A stretch of DNA of 22,496 nt from the IMG/VR virus record IMGVR_UViG_3300008114_001632; one strand, given 5' to 3'. Every line of letters begins with the position of its first letter. The first letter of the stretch is position 1. The position numbers and the translations under genes are program-made. The notes under the pieces are model-generated. The model had not been told where the DNA came from and ran no database searches. It worked only from the letters and a program-made list of their open reading frames with translations. The DNA is from a virus (lineage: Duplodnaviria > Heunggongvirae > Uroviricota > Caudoviricetes). Positions 1 through 8,422 of this stretch are shown one piece after another.

Positions 1-65
1 CGCCCTATGTTTTCAGGCCGTATAGAATATATAATACGAGCTAGATCACCTTGCTTACATTTCAT
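1..65 (-). CDS. Hypothetical protein, N-terminal fragment running off the window start (MKCKQGDLARIIYSIRPENIG...)
   Basis: ATG at 65 overlaps the end of the upstream 76-aa ORF; frame is open to position 1. Not in the ORF track; translated by hand. Confidence 0.55.
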   Translation of the reverse strand, partial: MKCKQGDLARIIYSIRPENIG

Positions 66-285
66 CTTTTGCCTTGTTCATTTCGTATTTCATTACCAGA
101 GCAGTAACATCTTCTACTTTGCACAACCAACCATTTGCGTTTACAATAAACACATCCCCTGGTTTGTATAAGTGACTGCTCTTAGGCGTGCCGTCACGGC
201 TTACACCCATAACTTCACCTTCCCATTCACCTTCGACTCTAAAGTTGTCGCCTACTTGATTTATGTTATATTCAACCCAAAGCAT
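55..285 (-). CDS. Hypothetical protein, 76 aa
   Basis: ORF co-oriented with and overlapping both neighbours; no motif recognised. Confidence 0.65.
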   Translation of the reverse strand: MLWVEYNINQVGDNFRVEGEWEGEVMGVSRDGTPKSSHLYKPGDVFIVNANGWLCKVEDVTALVMKYEMNKAKDEM

Positions 286-1054
286 TTATTCCGTCCAATA
301 TGTTATTAATGTTCCAGTACAGTGACTTTTCTATGTTAATGTTTAATCCGCTGTGCATCTTATAATATATAGCAAGTTTGTTCTGATACTCTAATTTATT
401 CTTATCGTATCTATCTTTGTTATAAAAATGAACTCCGGGTATCAAGGATCCACCCCATGCTCTATAATTTATTACAGCAGCATGACCAAATTGTGTTTCA
501 ATGTCGTTTAGTGATTTAAAAGTCTTAGTCCATTCGATATTTTCAGAACACTGTTCTGTTTTAAATCGTATAACTTGTAGCGTAGGTTTATGGTGAAATA
601 ATCTTAAGGGTGCTATCCTAGCATTGCCCACAACTACTTCCCAAGTATTGTAGTATCTGTTCCATGCTTGTGTTAACGGAAACTCTATAGTTCCGTTATT
701 TCTTAAATGGTCACTTAACCAAAATATCTTTGCAACTGCATCAATAAACGGATAAGAGGATTGTGCCTCTGTCCAATCACTTTCTGAATATACATTTGAA
801 AAACGTTGTTCCCAATCGTGTAACCTTGCAAGCTCAAACTCGTCACAGCTTCTAACATTAATAGATTGACTTATTTGTTCTACTACTGTAGATCTATCTG
901 CTTCTACTAGTCCTAAAATTTCATTTTGATTTAATGACTGAAAAAAGATATCAGCCATCCTAATCTTATCAACATCATGCCCGTGTCTAAGATAGGGTAA
1001 CGGTTTTACTGAATTGATAAGTTTAATATCTTCAGTACGATATAAAAAAGACAT
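272..1054 (-). CDS. Hypothetical protein, 260 aa (weak ParB/Srx-like motif WEVVVGNARI)
   Basis: Long ORF, TAATG-coupled to the upstream gene; the ParB-like reading rests only on the hydrophobic-G-N-x-R segment. Confidence 0.7.
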   Translation of the reverse strand: MSFLYRTEDIKLINSVKPLPYLRHGHDVDKIRMADIFFQSLNQNEILGLVEADRSTVVEQISQSINVRSCDEFELARLHDWEQRFSNVYSESDWTEAQSSYPFIDAVAKIFWLSDHLRNNGTIEFPLTQAWNRYYNTWEVVVGNARIAPLRLFHHKPTLQVIRFKTEQCSENIEWTKTFKSLNDIETQFGHAAVINYRAWGGSLIPGVHFYNKDRYDKNKLEYQNKLAIYYKMHSGLNINIEKSLYWNINNILDGINALG

Positions 1055-1707
1055 TAGACTCCGCTGGCTAATACAATTTTACAAATGTGTTCTAAACGCT
1101 CAATATGTTCGTAAGCACGCCATGGAGTACTGTCAATAGCAACTACACCATGTCCTTTAATACCTACAATGTCGTAAGCAATATTTCCATCTTTGTCTAA
1201 TTTTAAATTGCGATGACAAGCGTCACCTAGTTCCTGACTGATAGGAGGCACATCACCAACATTAGGTGCTACCTTTGTATATCTGCTAAGTTCTGGAAAG
1301 TCATCTACAATAGTGCTTAAATCAATTCCGGCATGCATGGCAGCAACACAATAAGTAGGATGAACGTGTACAACAACTCTAACATCGTTTTTATGCTGTC
1401 CTAGTTCTTTTTGCAGTCCAAAATGTAAAGGCATCTCGCCGCTAGGTTCAAGATTGCCGCTTAGGTCAGTTTGCTCAATAACTTCCCAATTATAATTAAA
1501 AACAGCAGAACCTACTCCACTGTTAATTGTGCGCCAGATTTTAATTTTTTTAAACATTTCTGGCTGCATGTTTTGTTTGCGTACACCACTAGGTGTGACA
1601 TAAAAATGATCACGATCGTGATGACGAATAGAAATGTTACCATCTCTACTGGTAATCCAATTACGCTTGTAAGCGTCTACTAAAATATCGCAACAAGTTT
1701 CTAACAT
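1054..1707 (-). CDS. Class II aldolase/adducin-family metalloenzyme (FucA/AraD/MtnB-like)
   Basis: Family motifs RDGNISIR, YVTPSG, PSGEMPLH, VVHVHPTY (HxH) and IKGHGVV; AAGGA SD upstream. Confidence 0.9.
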   Translation of the reverse strand: MLETCCDILVDAYKRNWITSRDGNISIRHHDRDHFYVTPSGVRKQNMQPEMFKKIKIWRTINSGVGSAVFNYNWEVIEQTDLSGNLEPSGEMPLHFGLQKELGQHKNDVRVVVHVHPTYCVAAMHAGIDLSTIVDDFPELSRYTKVAPNVGDVPPISQELGDACHRNLKLDKDGNIAYDIVGIKGHGVVAIDSTPWRAYEHIERLEHICKIVLASGV

Positions 1708-1716
1708 GTTTTTCCT

Positions 1717-1866
1717 TTACCAATGTCTTACAACACCTGCTATAATAAATGCGTTAGTGATAAGATAGGCAAGTACGATTAAAGTTCGTATGACAGCAAT
1801 TCTGTCTGCTTCTTTATCGCTCTTGCCTGTTTTCTCACCTAGAGCTTTTGCCCAAAGACGCCACAT
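1717..1866 (-). CDS. Small membrane protein, 49 aa (MWRLWAKALGEKTGKSDKEADRIAVIRTLIVLAYLITNAFIIAGVVRHW)
   Basis: Fills the 1707-1868 gap exactly; hydrophobic C-terminal helix; below the ORF-track size cutoff; translated by hand. Confidence 0.75.
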   Translation of the reverse strand: MWRLWAKALGEKTGKSDKEADRIAVIRTLIVLAYLITNAFIIAGVVRHW

Positions 1867-1867
1867 A

Positions 1868-2059
1868 TTACATTGCGTTTTTCTTCTCTTGTATTTCCAT
1901 ACGTCGAGACTTAGTTAGTTTACCTAATTCGCCAAGTGCTTTACGAGCCCGTGCTGCCGCAGCTTTTACATTTTTATTTTCAAAAGCTTCTGCTTCTTTA
2001 ATGTATACGTTAAATGCTAATACAATTTCGTCATGAATTGTGTTTGTTACTTCTGTCAT
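1868..2059 (-). CDS. Histone H1-like Hc1-family short basic protein
   Basis: KAAAARARKALGELGKLTKSRRMEIQE resembles the short Hc1-type signature (KAAgxRARKxxxEL); AGGAG SD. Confidence 0.65.
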   Translation of the reverse strand: MTEVTNTIHDEIVLAFNVYIKEAEAFENKNVKAAAARARKALGELGKLTKSRRMEIQEKKNAM

Positions 2060-2071
2060 GGCCTTTTCTCC

Positions 2072-2359
2072 TTATATATGAATGCCTGTTGTTTGTGCTG
2101 TGTATTGTTTTGCAATATCGTCTTGAGTTTTTGCAACACAGCTTACTGAACCTTTGCGAAGTGTGAACTTTGCATCAGGTGATACTGAGAACATAAATGG
2201 TGCTAGTCCCAGTCCTTGTTGTCCCATGATAAGAACCATTGGTTTTAGTACTGTGAAAGTTTTGTCACCTTCGGCCTCTAGTCTACCAAGAATTTCTTCT
2301 CCTGAGCTTAATTTAAAACTTACAATGTCGCCTGTTCTGTAGGGTATTTCTATTAACAT
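2072..2359 (-). CDS. Probable Sm/LSm-like fold protein, 95 aa
   Basis: Beta-rich pattern IVSFKLSSGEEILGRL...FTVLKPMVL resembles Sm1; fold is an inference. Confidence 0.5.
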   Translation of the reverse strand: MLIEIPYRTGDIVSFKLSSGEEILGRLEAEGDKTFTVLKPMVLIMGQQGLGLAPFMFSVSPDAKFTLRKGSVSCVAKTQDDIAKQYTAQTTGIHI

Positions 2360-2361
2360 GT

Positions 2362-2586
2362 TTATCCTTTAAGTACCTGTTTTAATTCTGTAAATCCGCC
2401 TATTAATTTTTCGTCTAAAAAAATCTGTGGAACTGTTCTAGCTGTTGGAACAGCTTCAAGCAAATCTTCTTTTGTGAAGCCATACCCAATTTTTTTCTCT
2501 TCAAACTCAATGCCTTTCATCTTGAGCAAGTTTTTAGCTTGATCACAAAATGGACAATGGTCTTTACTCCATACTATCGCTTTCAT
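2362..2586 (-). CDS. grx: Glutaredoxin (CPFC)
   Basis: CPFC active site, TVPQIF and IGGFTEL motifs; downstream of nrdAB. Confidence 0.95.
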   Translation of the reverse strand: MKAIVWSKDHCPFCDQAKNLLKMKGIEFEEKKIGYGFTKEDLLEAVPTARTVPQIFLDEKLIGGFTELKQVLKG

Positions 2587-2587
2587 A

Positions 2588-2752
2588 TTACGCTCTTTCT
2601 ATTTCTACTAATGTACCTGCACCTGCAAGCTCTTCTACTACTGATTCAAGACTATGCAATATATCGTTGCTGATAATCTCTGTTATGTTCTCACTGTCTT
2701 TTAATAGTTTACTAACTTTAATTACTAATACTTCTTCTTGTAGCTTTGCCAT
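2588..2752 (-). CDS. Small acidic hypothetical protein, 54 aa (MAKLQEEVLVIKVSKLLKDSENITEIISNDILHSLESVVEELAGAGTLVEIERA)
   Basis: AAGGAG SD 5 nt before ATG at 2752; fills the nrdB-grx gap; translated by hand. Confidence 0.75.
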   Translation of the reverse strand: MAKLQEEVLVIKVSKLLKDSENITEIISNDILHSLESVVEELAGAGTLVEIERA

Positions 2753-2761
2753 AGTGTCTCC

Positions 2762-3862
2762 TTATATCGCGGGTAGCTCATCATAGTTAATAGAATCGCC
2801 CATTATCCCAATAACATAATTAGTTGATTCACTTTCTTGTAGTGCTGTCTGTTTCTTACTAGTATCACTGTGTTTGTTAAACCACGGGATAGGAGTAGAT
2901 CTAGGAGCAGGATTCCAATACTTGATCCCAACATTCTTTAGTGCATCAGTTGCAGTGAAGTCTACAAAGTCTTTAAGGATATTTGCATTAAGACCAATCA
3001 CAGGCCCTAACTTAAACAAGTAATCTGCCCATTCTTTTTCTTCTCTAATAACATCTTTATATATCTGTATCACTTCTGATTCACAATCTTTAGCGGCTTG
3101 GGCAAAGCGACTGTCTTCTTTAACTACTTGATTAATCAAGTAAGCAGTCCAACCTTTGTGTAATAACTCGTCTTGTAAAATCAAACTAATAATATTACCA
3201 TTACCAATAAAGATCTTATTCTCTACCATTGCTAGACTTGTAGCAAAGCTAACCATAAAGCGAAACGCCTCTAAACCATAGCTTGCATGTAGGGCTAGAT
3301 AGATTGCTTTAACATGTTCGTACTCATCAACTGCTTCGCCTAATTCTTTGCGACAGTTAATAATATGGAGCCTATCATAATATAGACCAATACTTGATGC
3401 CATTTCTACAATTTCTTTAGTGTCATGGATTGTGTTGAACACATCCTTGGGCACGTTGTAGATGTTGCGAATAATATGACTATAGCTCTTGCTATGAATA
3501 TTAGTTTCAAAGAAACCCCAGTTGTACATTAATGCTTCTACTTCTGGAAGACTGCATACAGGCGTAAATACCTGTGTTGGGCCTCTACCCTGCAAGCTAT
3601 CCAAAGCAGTTTGACGAAGTAGGTTACTAGTAAAAATATGCTTGACAGCATCGCTGGCTTCCTTAAAATCATTAGAGTCTTTACTTAAACTGATCTCTTC
3701 AGGTTGCCAAAAGAATCCTCGTGCTGTCGCATCGTAGTCGGCAATTTTTTTATACTTTACTTCTTCAAACCGTTGAATAGTTACTGGGCCTGCAGGATCA
3801 AGAAACATTTTACGACCAAGGTAATCTGTTTTTGTATTTAGGTTATACTGTGCTTTACTCAT
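2762..3862 (-). CDS. nrdB: Ribonucleotide reductase class Ia beta subunit
   Basis: QTALDSLQG, ETNIHSKSY (radical Tyr), EAFRFMVSF, DELLH and C-terminal QESESTNY motifs. Confidence 0.96.
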   Translation of the reverse strand: MSKAQYNLNTKTDYLGRKMFLDPAGPVTIQRFEEVKYKKIADYDATARGFFWQPEEISLSKDSNDFKEASDAVKHIFTSNLLRQTALDSLQGRGPTQVFTPVCSLPEVEALMYNWGFFETNIHSKSYSHIIRNIYNVPKDVFNTIHDTKEIVEMASSIGLYYDRLHIINCRKELGEAVDEYEHVKAIYLALHASYGLEAFRFMVSFATSLAMVENKIFIGNGNIISLILQDELLHKGWTAYLINQVVKEDSRFAQAAKDCESEVIQIYKDVIREEKEWADYLFKLGPVIGLNANILKDFVDFTATDALKNVGIKYWNPAPRSTPIPWFNKHSDTSKKQTALQESESTNYVIGIMGDSINYDELPAI

Positions 3863-6195
3863 AATTTACATGCCTCGCAATCATCGTCATTCATTAGTTC
3901 CATTTCAAATTTAGTTTCTTCTATGTGGAAACCATTTATCTTTTCTTCTACTTGTTTTGATCCCGCTTTGTTAATTAAACTATAGTAGAATGTTTTGATT
4001 CCCCACATCTGTGCCTGCATTAAGTTTTTAGCAATTAATGTAGTTGGCACCTTTCGGTCTTGAAAATGTGCAGGATTATAAAAAGTATTTGTTGAAATAC
4101 TTTGGTCCACATATGCTTGTAGCACAGCCGCTGTTTTCAAATAATTAATGCAGTCTTTTTGTTCCCACATCATTTGATACTTGTTTTTTAACTTAGCATA
4201 CTCTGGAACAACTTGTGTAAATGATCCTGCTTTTGATTCTTTGGTACTAATCAAACTCATTGGCATTTCGATACCATTAGTACTGTTAATAACAACACTA
4301 GAACTTTCTACAGGTGCAATAGCCATTTGTGTTGCATTACGCACACCATGCTCTTTCATTTGAACACGTAGGCTTTCCCAGTCAAGCTCAGGAGCAAAAT
4401 CAGCTAATTCGTTAACACCGTTAGCACGTAGTTCCCATGGAAACTTACCTTGTCCATAACGTGTTTTGTCGCTGTGAGCACATGGTCCACGTTCCTTAGC
4501 CAACTCCACAGTAGCTTCTGTAAGATAGTATGACTGATGTTCCATCCATGTCTTAACTTCTTGCAGTGCATCTTTGTCTCCGTACTTAAGACTGCGCTTG
4601 GCGTGCCAGTAAGCTAGATTAGTAACTCCAATACCTAATGGACGGATTTCGTCATTGCTTAGTTTACTTTGAATACTTAGAAAGTCTTGGTAATCCAGAA
4701 TGTTGTTAAGACTGCGATGTAAAATCCGGCAAGCACGGCGCATATCTTCTGGGTTACGGAATGCTCCCCAGTTGATACTGCCCAACGTACATAAAGCAAT
4801 ACGACCATCAGCGTCATCGAGACGCTTAAAAGATTTAGTAGGTAATAAAATTTCACAACATAAATTTGACTGATAGATAGTGTGGTATTCAGGATCGAAC
4901 GGGCCTTGATTCATCACGTTATCGATAAAGACTAGATAGATTCGTCCTGTATCAGTTCTCTCCTTTAAAATACCACTTTTGAATACTTCCTCGGCACTCA
5001 TAGTCTTCTTACGAAGGCCTTTTTGTTTTTCGTATTTAACATATAATTCTTCAAACAACTTTGTATTAGAGTAAAACGCTTCGTACAAATCAGGTACTTC
5101 ATTGGGATCAAAAAATGTTATGTTTTCTTTGTTCTTGAATCGTCTCCAGAAGAAACTACTAAGCACAACCCCATAATCCATATGACGGACTCGGGTTTCC
5201 TCTGTTCCTTGGTTGTTCTTAAGTACAATAAGATCATCAAACTGATGATGCCAAATAGGATAAAATACAGTAGCACTTGCATTGCGGATACCTCCTTGTG
5301 AACATGATCGCAAATCTCCAAACCACTTCTTTAAGAAAGGTATCATGCCAGTGTGCATGATTTCGCCACCGCGAATAGGACTGCCTAGCGGACGCAACCT
5401 ACCAATCTCTAAACCAATACCAGCACGTTTGCTGGCATACTTGGCCATCATCTCCCCACTAGCAAATATGCTATCCAAATCATCGTCACTGCGGATAAGA
5501 ACACAACTACTAAACTGTTTAGTAGGAGTCCCAAGCCCTGCCAACACAGGAGTAGCAAGAGTAAACAAACCATCTGAAGCACAGTTGTAGTACTCTTTGA
5601 TGTAACGCATACGGGCCGTGTTAGGTTCTTCTTTATGAAATACAGTCGCGGCCGCAACCATATAACGAACTTGTGGTGTTTCATAGATTTCCTTTGTCGC
5701 ACGATTGCGTACCAAATACTTTTCAATTAACTGTTCAATGGCAGCATAACTGTATTGTTCATCTTTGTCATGATCTAGCATATCATTCATTTTATTCCAA
5801 TCTTCTTCAGTGTACCACTCAAGAAGTTCTGGAGTATATAGACCAGTAGCTACATTAGTCTTTACAATCTCATAAAGGTGGGGAGGCGTGTAATCACCAT
5901 ACACATCTTTTCTCAACATGCTAAGTCGTTGCTTACCTGCAACGTGTTGATAGTTAGTGTGTCCTAAATCTGGATTTGATTCAACGTCAATAAGATCTAC
6001 AATGGCTCTTAGAGTTACTTCGTCAATCTCTCTAGTTGTCATGCCGTCGTAAAAATGTGGCTGAGCTTTGATCTCTATCATACTCTGACTTACATCAGCT
6101 ATGCCCGAACAAACCTTAGCTACTTGTGCCTGCCACTTTTCTACAGCTAGTGGCTCCCTGTTACCCGATCTTTTTATTACCGTAATTTTTGTCAT
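3859..6195 (-). CDS. nrdA: Ribonucleotide reductase class Ia alpha subunit with N-terminal ATP-cone
   Basis: VIKRSG ATP-cone start, FSSCVL, QSNLCCEI (N-x-C-x-E), ALCTL, KTFYY and C-terminal CEAC. Confidence 0.98.
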   Translation of the reverse strand: MTKITVIKRSGNREPLAVEKWQAQVAKVCSGIADVSQSMIEIKAQPHFYDGMTTREIDEVTLRAIVDLIDVESNPDLGHTNYQHVAGKQRLSMLRKDVYGDYTPPHLYEIVKTNVATGLYTPELLEWYTEEDWNKMNDMLDHDKDEQYSYAAIEQLIEKYLVRNRATKEIYETPQVRYMVAAATVFHKEEPNTARMRYIKEYYNCASDGLFTLATPVLAGLGTPTKQFSSCVLIRSDDDLDSIFASGEMMAKYASKRAGIGLEIGRLRPLGSPIRGGEIMHTGMIPFLKKWFGDLRSCSQGGIRNASATVFYPIWHHQFDDLIVLKNNQGTEETRVRHMDYGVVLSSFFWRRFKNKENITFFDPNEVPDLYEAFYSNTKLFEELYVKYEKQKGLRKKTMSAEEVFKSGILKERTDTGRIYLVFIDNVMNQGPFDPEYHTIYQSNLCCEILLPTKSFKRLDDADGRIALCTLGSINWGAFRNPEDMRRACRILHRSLNNILDYQDFLSIQSKLSNDEIRPLGIGVTNLAYWHAKRSLKYGDKDALQEVKTWMEHQSYYLTEATVELAKERGPCAHSDKTRYGQGKFPWELRANGVNELADFAPELDWESLRVQMKEHGVRNATQMAIAPVESSSVVINSTNGIEMPMSLISTKESKAGSFTQVVPEYAKLKNKYQMMWEQKDCINYLKTAAVLQAYVDQSISTNTFYNPAHFQDRKVPTTLIAKNLMQAQMWGIKTFYYSLINKAGSKQVEEKINGFHIEETKFEMELMNDDDCEACKL

Positions 6196-6226
6196 TTATT
6201 TTGCTCGTTGAATTATTTGTATTCGA

Positions 6227-6232
6227 TATTTA
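6227..6232 (-). promoter_or_regulatory. TAAATA late-promoter-like motif upstream of nrdA
   Basis: CTAAATA overlapping the upstream stop codon, ~31 nt before the nrdA ATG. Confidence 0.5.
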
Positions 6233-6655
6233 GTGAAGCGGATGCATCACATATATTCTTTGTGATACCAGATAGTCTGGTAAGGAATTTTGCTTAACTG
6301 GGTTATCCTCATCGTAACCAATTACATAATCGTTAACGCAGAGTAGGTAGTGTGTTTGAGATTTAGAATGATCCATAGCAATATGTATCTCAAACATTTT
6401 ATCTTTAAAACGTTCAGTTAATTGTAATGAATAGCACATTCCTAGTACACGAGAAAACTCACAATATTGATTTTCATAAAGAAGTTCCCAAGGTCCTAAC
6501 CAGCTAGATTTATCCCAAGGATCTGTTAATATGCTTACATAGGGTGCTAATTTATAAAATACAATAACATCCTTTAGCGGAGATAGCGACAGTTCTAATT
6601 GGTCTCTAAAATTTCGCCAGGTGGCAAGGCGCTCTTCATAAATTTGATCAAACAT
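6230..6655 (-). CDS. Hypothetical protein, 141 aa
   Basis: TAATG-coupled to the 577-aa gene; no motif recognised. Confidence 0.8.
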   Translation of the reverse strand: MFDQIYEERLATWRNFRDQLELSLSPLKDVIVFYKLAPYVSILTDPWDKSSWLGPWELLYENQYCEFSRVLGMCYSLQLTERFKDKMFEIHIAMDHSKSQTHYLLCVNDYVIGYDEDNPVKQNSLPDYLVSQRIYVMHPLH

Positions 6656-8388
6656 TAAGATAGGTCAGTTTGTTTCGTTTCGACTCTAAACTTAAATTGT
6701 GTTCTGTCATCGCTGATCATTAAACTATTGCTTCTAATTACTAATGTATCAAAATTACCGTCAGTGTTAATATCTCTTAGTATAGCATCTAAATAGATAC
6801 TGTCAAGATATGTTGAGTCGCCAACGTAGTGGTAGTCATCCGAAACCTCTACTCGAGGAGTTCCGGCGCTGACATCAGTCCTACCATTTAACATTATAGT
6901 TAATTTTCCAGTCCTCATTGCATTGTATGTTTCACTTACCATTGAATAAGATATTTCAAATGCTTGATTAATTGCTTGGGGTAGGCGAAACAATGTAAGC
7001 TGTTGTCCACTTAAAATTGTGAGCTGATGCTCAAAACCCCAACTGTAGTTTGTTGGTCCTTGTACTTCGGCTATGTATGGTACATTGCCTAAGATGTTTG
7101 GAGTCACTAAAGGATTAATTGTCTGTGTGTAAGATAATACTCGTGTACGTGTAAAAAAGTCATTAACGGATGTATTGCCTAGTCTTGAATATTTAATGAT
7201 ACTGTATACTGGCTGATCGTCTGACCCACCGTCATTACCGCAGGTTATGAACTTGTTATTTCGACTTACGTTGTAAGTACCTTCATTAATTAAAATTGCC
7301 TGACGTTCTATGTTGGTAAACACACAGTCAGACCAAATATTGTTTGTAGGACCTGTAGCTGTACCATTAGCAACTGAGCCGTCAATGGTCATATCTTTAC
7401 CAAATACAGCACCAAATCCACTTTCAGAAAAATTACAAATACTAAACACATTATCGTTAATGTCCCAGTTTGAAACAATATCATATGCCCAATTTTTAAT
7501 TGAGCAATTTATAAATTTATTTCGAACAGTTTCAACACCGCCATTCTTACTGTTTAAGGTTAACCCAATATTTGAAGTTATGTTAGTTGAGTTAACACCG
7601 TTCTCAAGAGAGTCAGTGCCAAGAGGCAAAATAGTTCCTAGAGACCATGTACCAACTATTTCAACATCTTCAAATATGCTGTCTCTACAACTTTGTAAAA
7701 CTAAACCTTTGCTAGTACCTACTGCTTTTAATGTTAGACCATACAAGGTAATGTTTCTTGCTTGGTTATTAAATGTGCTAGTTGAGTCAGCAGCAGGTGT
7801 ACCTGCTGTACTAGAATCGTTTACTGTTTGGAAAACTGCTTTATTATTTCCTATTTGTCTAATTACGGTTTTGCCAGATCCAGCGCCTCGTATCGTAGCG
7901 TGTGGCGGGATATAAATCGTGTTACTGATAGTGTATACTCCAGGCTCCATTTCAAGGACTACTCTGTTACTTGTAGTAACTTCTAGTCCACCGTTTAGAA
8001 ACAACTGATCAATAGCTCTTTGTAGAGCTACAGTACAATCAACTGCTTCAATTCCTTGTACACCAAATGCTTTAACGCTGACTTCGTCATCTAGTCTTTC
8101 TTGCAGTGTTCTTCTAACAGGATTTGAAGCATCTACACCAGTAACAACTACGCCGCTGTTTTCTTTGTAGATATAACTATCTGCTAGGGTAAAAAGATCA
8201 TCGTGTTCGGTAATGATCTTAGTATTACCTACTGTAGGAGCACCTTCCGCTACACTACCGTTGCCTATGTATAGTGCTTGTGTGTCAATTGCCCAGCCTA
8301 ATTCGCCGCTGGCCAGCTGTGGGAGTCCGGAACCTTGATTCTCCTGCCCTCTTCTAATTTGTATCTTGCTTATTTGTACGACAGCCAC
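6655..8388 (-). CDS. Probable virion (tail/baseplate-associated) protein with Mtd-N-like N-terminus and pectate-lyase-like beta-helix
   Basis: IQIRRG...LPQLASGELGWAIDTQALYIG N-terminus; VSVKAFGVQG...DCTVALQRAIDQL...MEPGVY...TIRGAG is the typical Pectate_lyase_3-type start; GTG start with AGGAG SD. Confidence 0.75.
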   Translation of the reverse strand: MAVVQISKIQIRRGQENQGSGLPQLASGELGWAIDTQALYIGNGSVAEGAPTVGNTKIITEHDDLFTLADSYIYKENSGVVVTGVDASNPVRRTLQERLDDEVSVKAFGVQGIEAVDCTVALQRAIDQLFLNGGLEVTTSNRVVLEMEPGVYTISNTIYIPPHATIRGAGSGKTVIRQIGNNKAVFQTVNDSSTAGTPAADSTSTFNNQARNITLYGLTLKAVGTSKGLVLQSCRDSIFEDVEIVGTWSLGTILPLGTDSLENGVNSTNITSNIGLTLNSKNGGVETVRNKFINCSIKNWAYDIVSNWDINDNVFSICNFSESGFGAVFGKDMTIDGSVANGTATGPTNNIWSDCVFTNIERQAILINEGTYNVSRNNKFITCGNDGGSDDQPVYSIIKYSRLGNTSVNDFFTRTRVLSYTQTINPLVTPNILGNVPYIAEVQGPTNYSWGFEHQLTILSGQQLTLFRLPQAINQAFEISYSMVSETYNAMRTGKLTIMLNGRTDVSAGTPRVEVSDDYHYVGDSTYLDSIYLDAILRDINTDGNFDTLVIRSNSLMISDDRTQFKFRVETKQTDLS

Positions 8389-8415
8389 TAGATTCTCCTA
8401 CACAGTTATTTTATA

Positions 8416-8422
8416 TATTTAT
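8416..8422 (-). promoter_or_regulatory. ATAAATA late-promoter-like motif inside an SD-sequestering hairpin (8396-8430)
   Basis: Motif 27 nt upstream of the GTG at 8388; arms TCCTACGCA / TGTGTAGGA flank it. Confidence 0.7.

Noticed and set aside
5118-5726. Alternative-frame and antisense ORFs inside nrdA (5118-5321, 5282-5590, 5448-5726; also 4181-4363)
   Set aside because: Fully nested in a conserved gene, with no SD or motifs; expected shadow ORFs.
2762-6195. Introns, inteins or homing endonucleases in nrdA/nrdB
   Set aside because: Both ORFs are continuous, of normal length (778 and 366 aa), with all motifs in order.
7310-7915. 201-aa antisense ORF within the 577-aa gene
   Set aside because: Mirror of codon bias on the coding strand; no start signals or recognisable domain.
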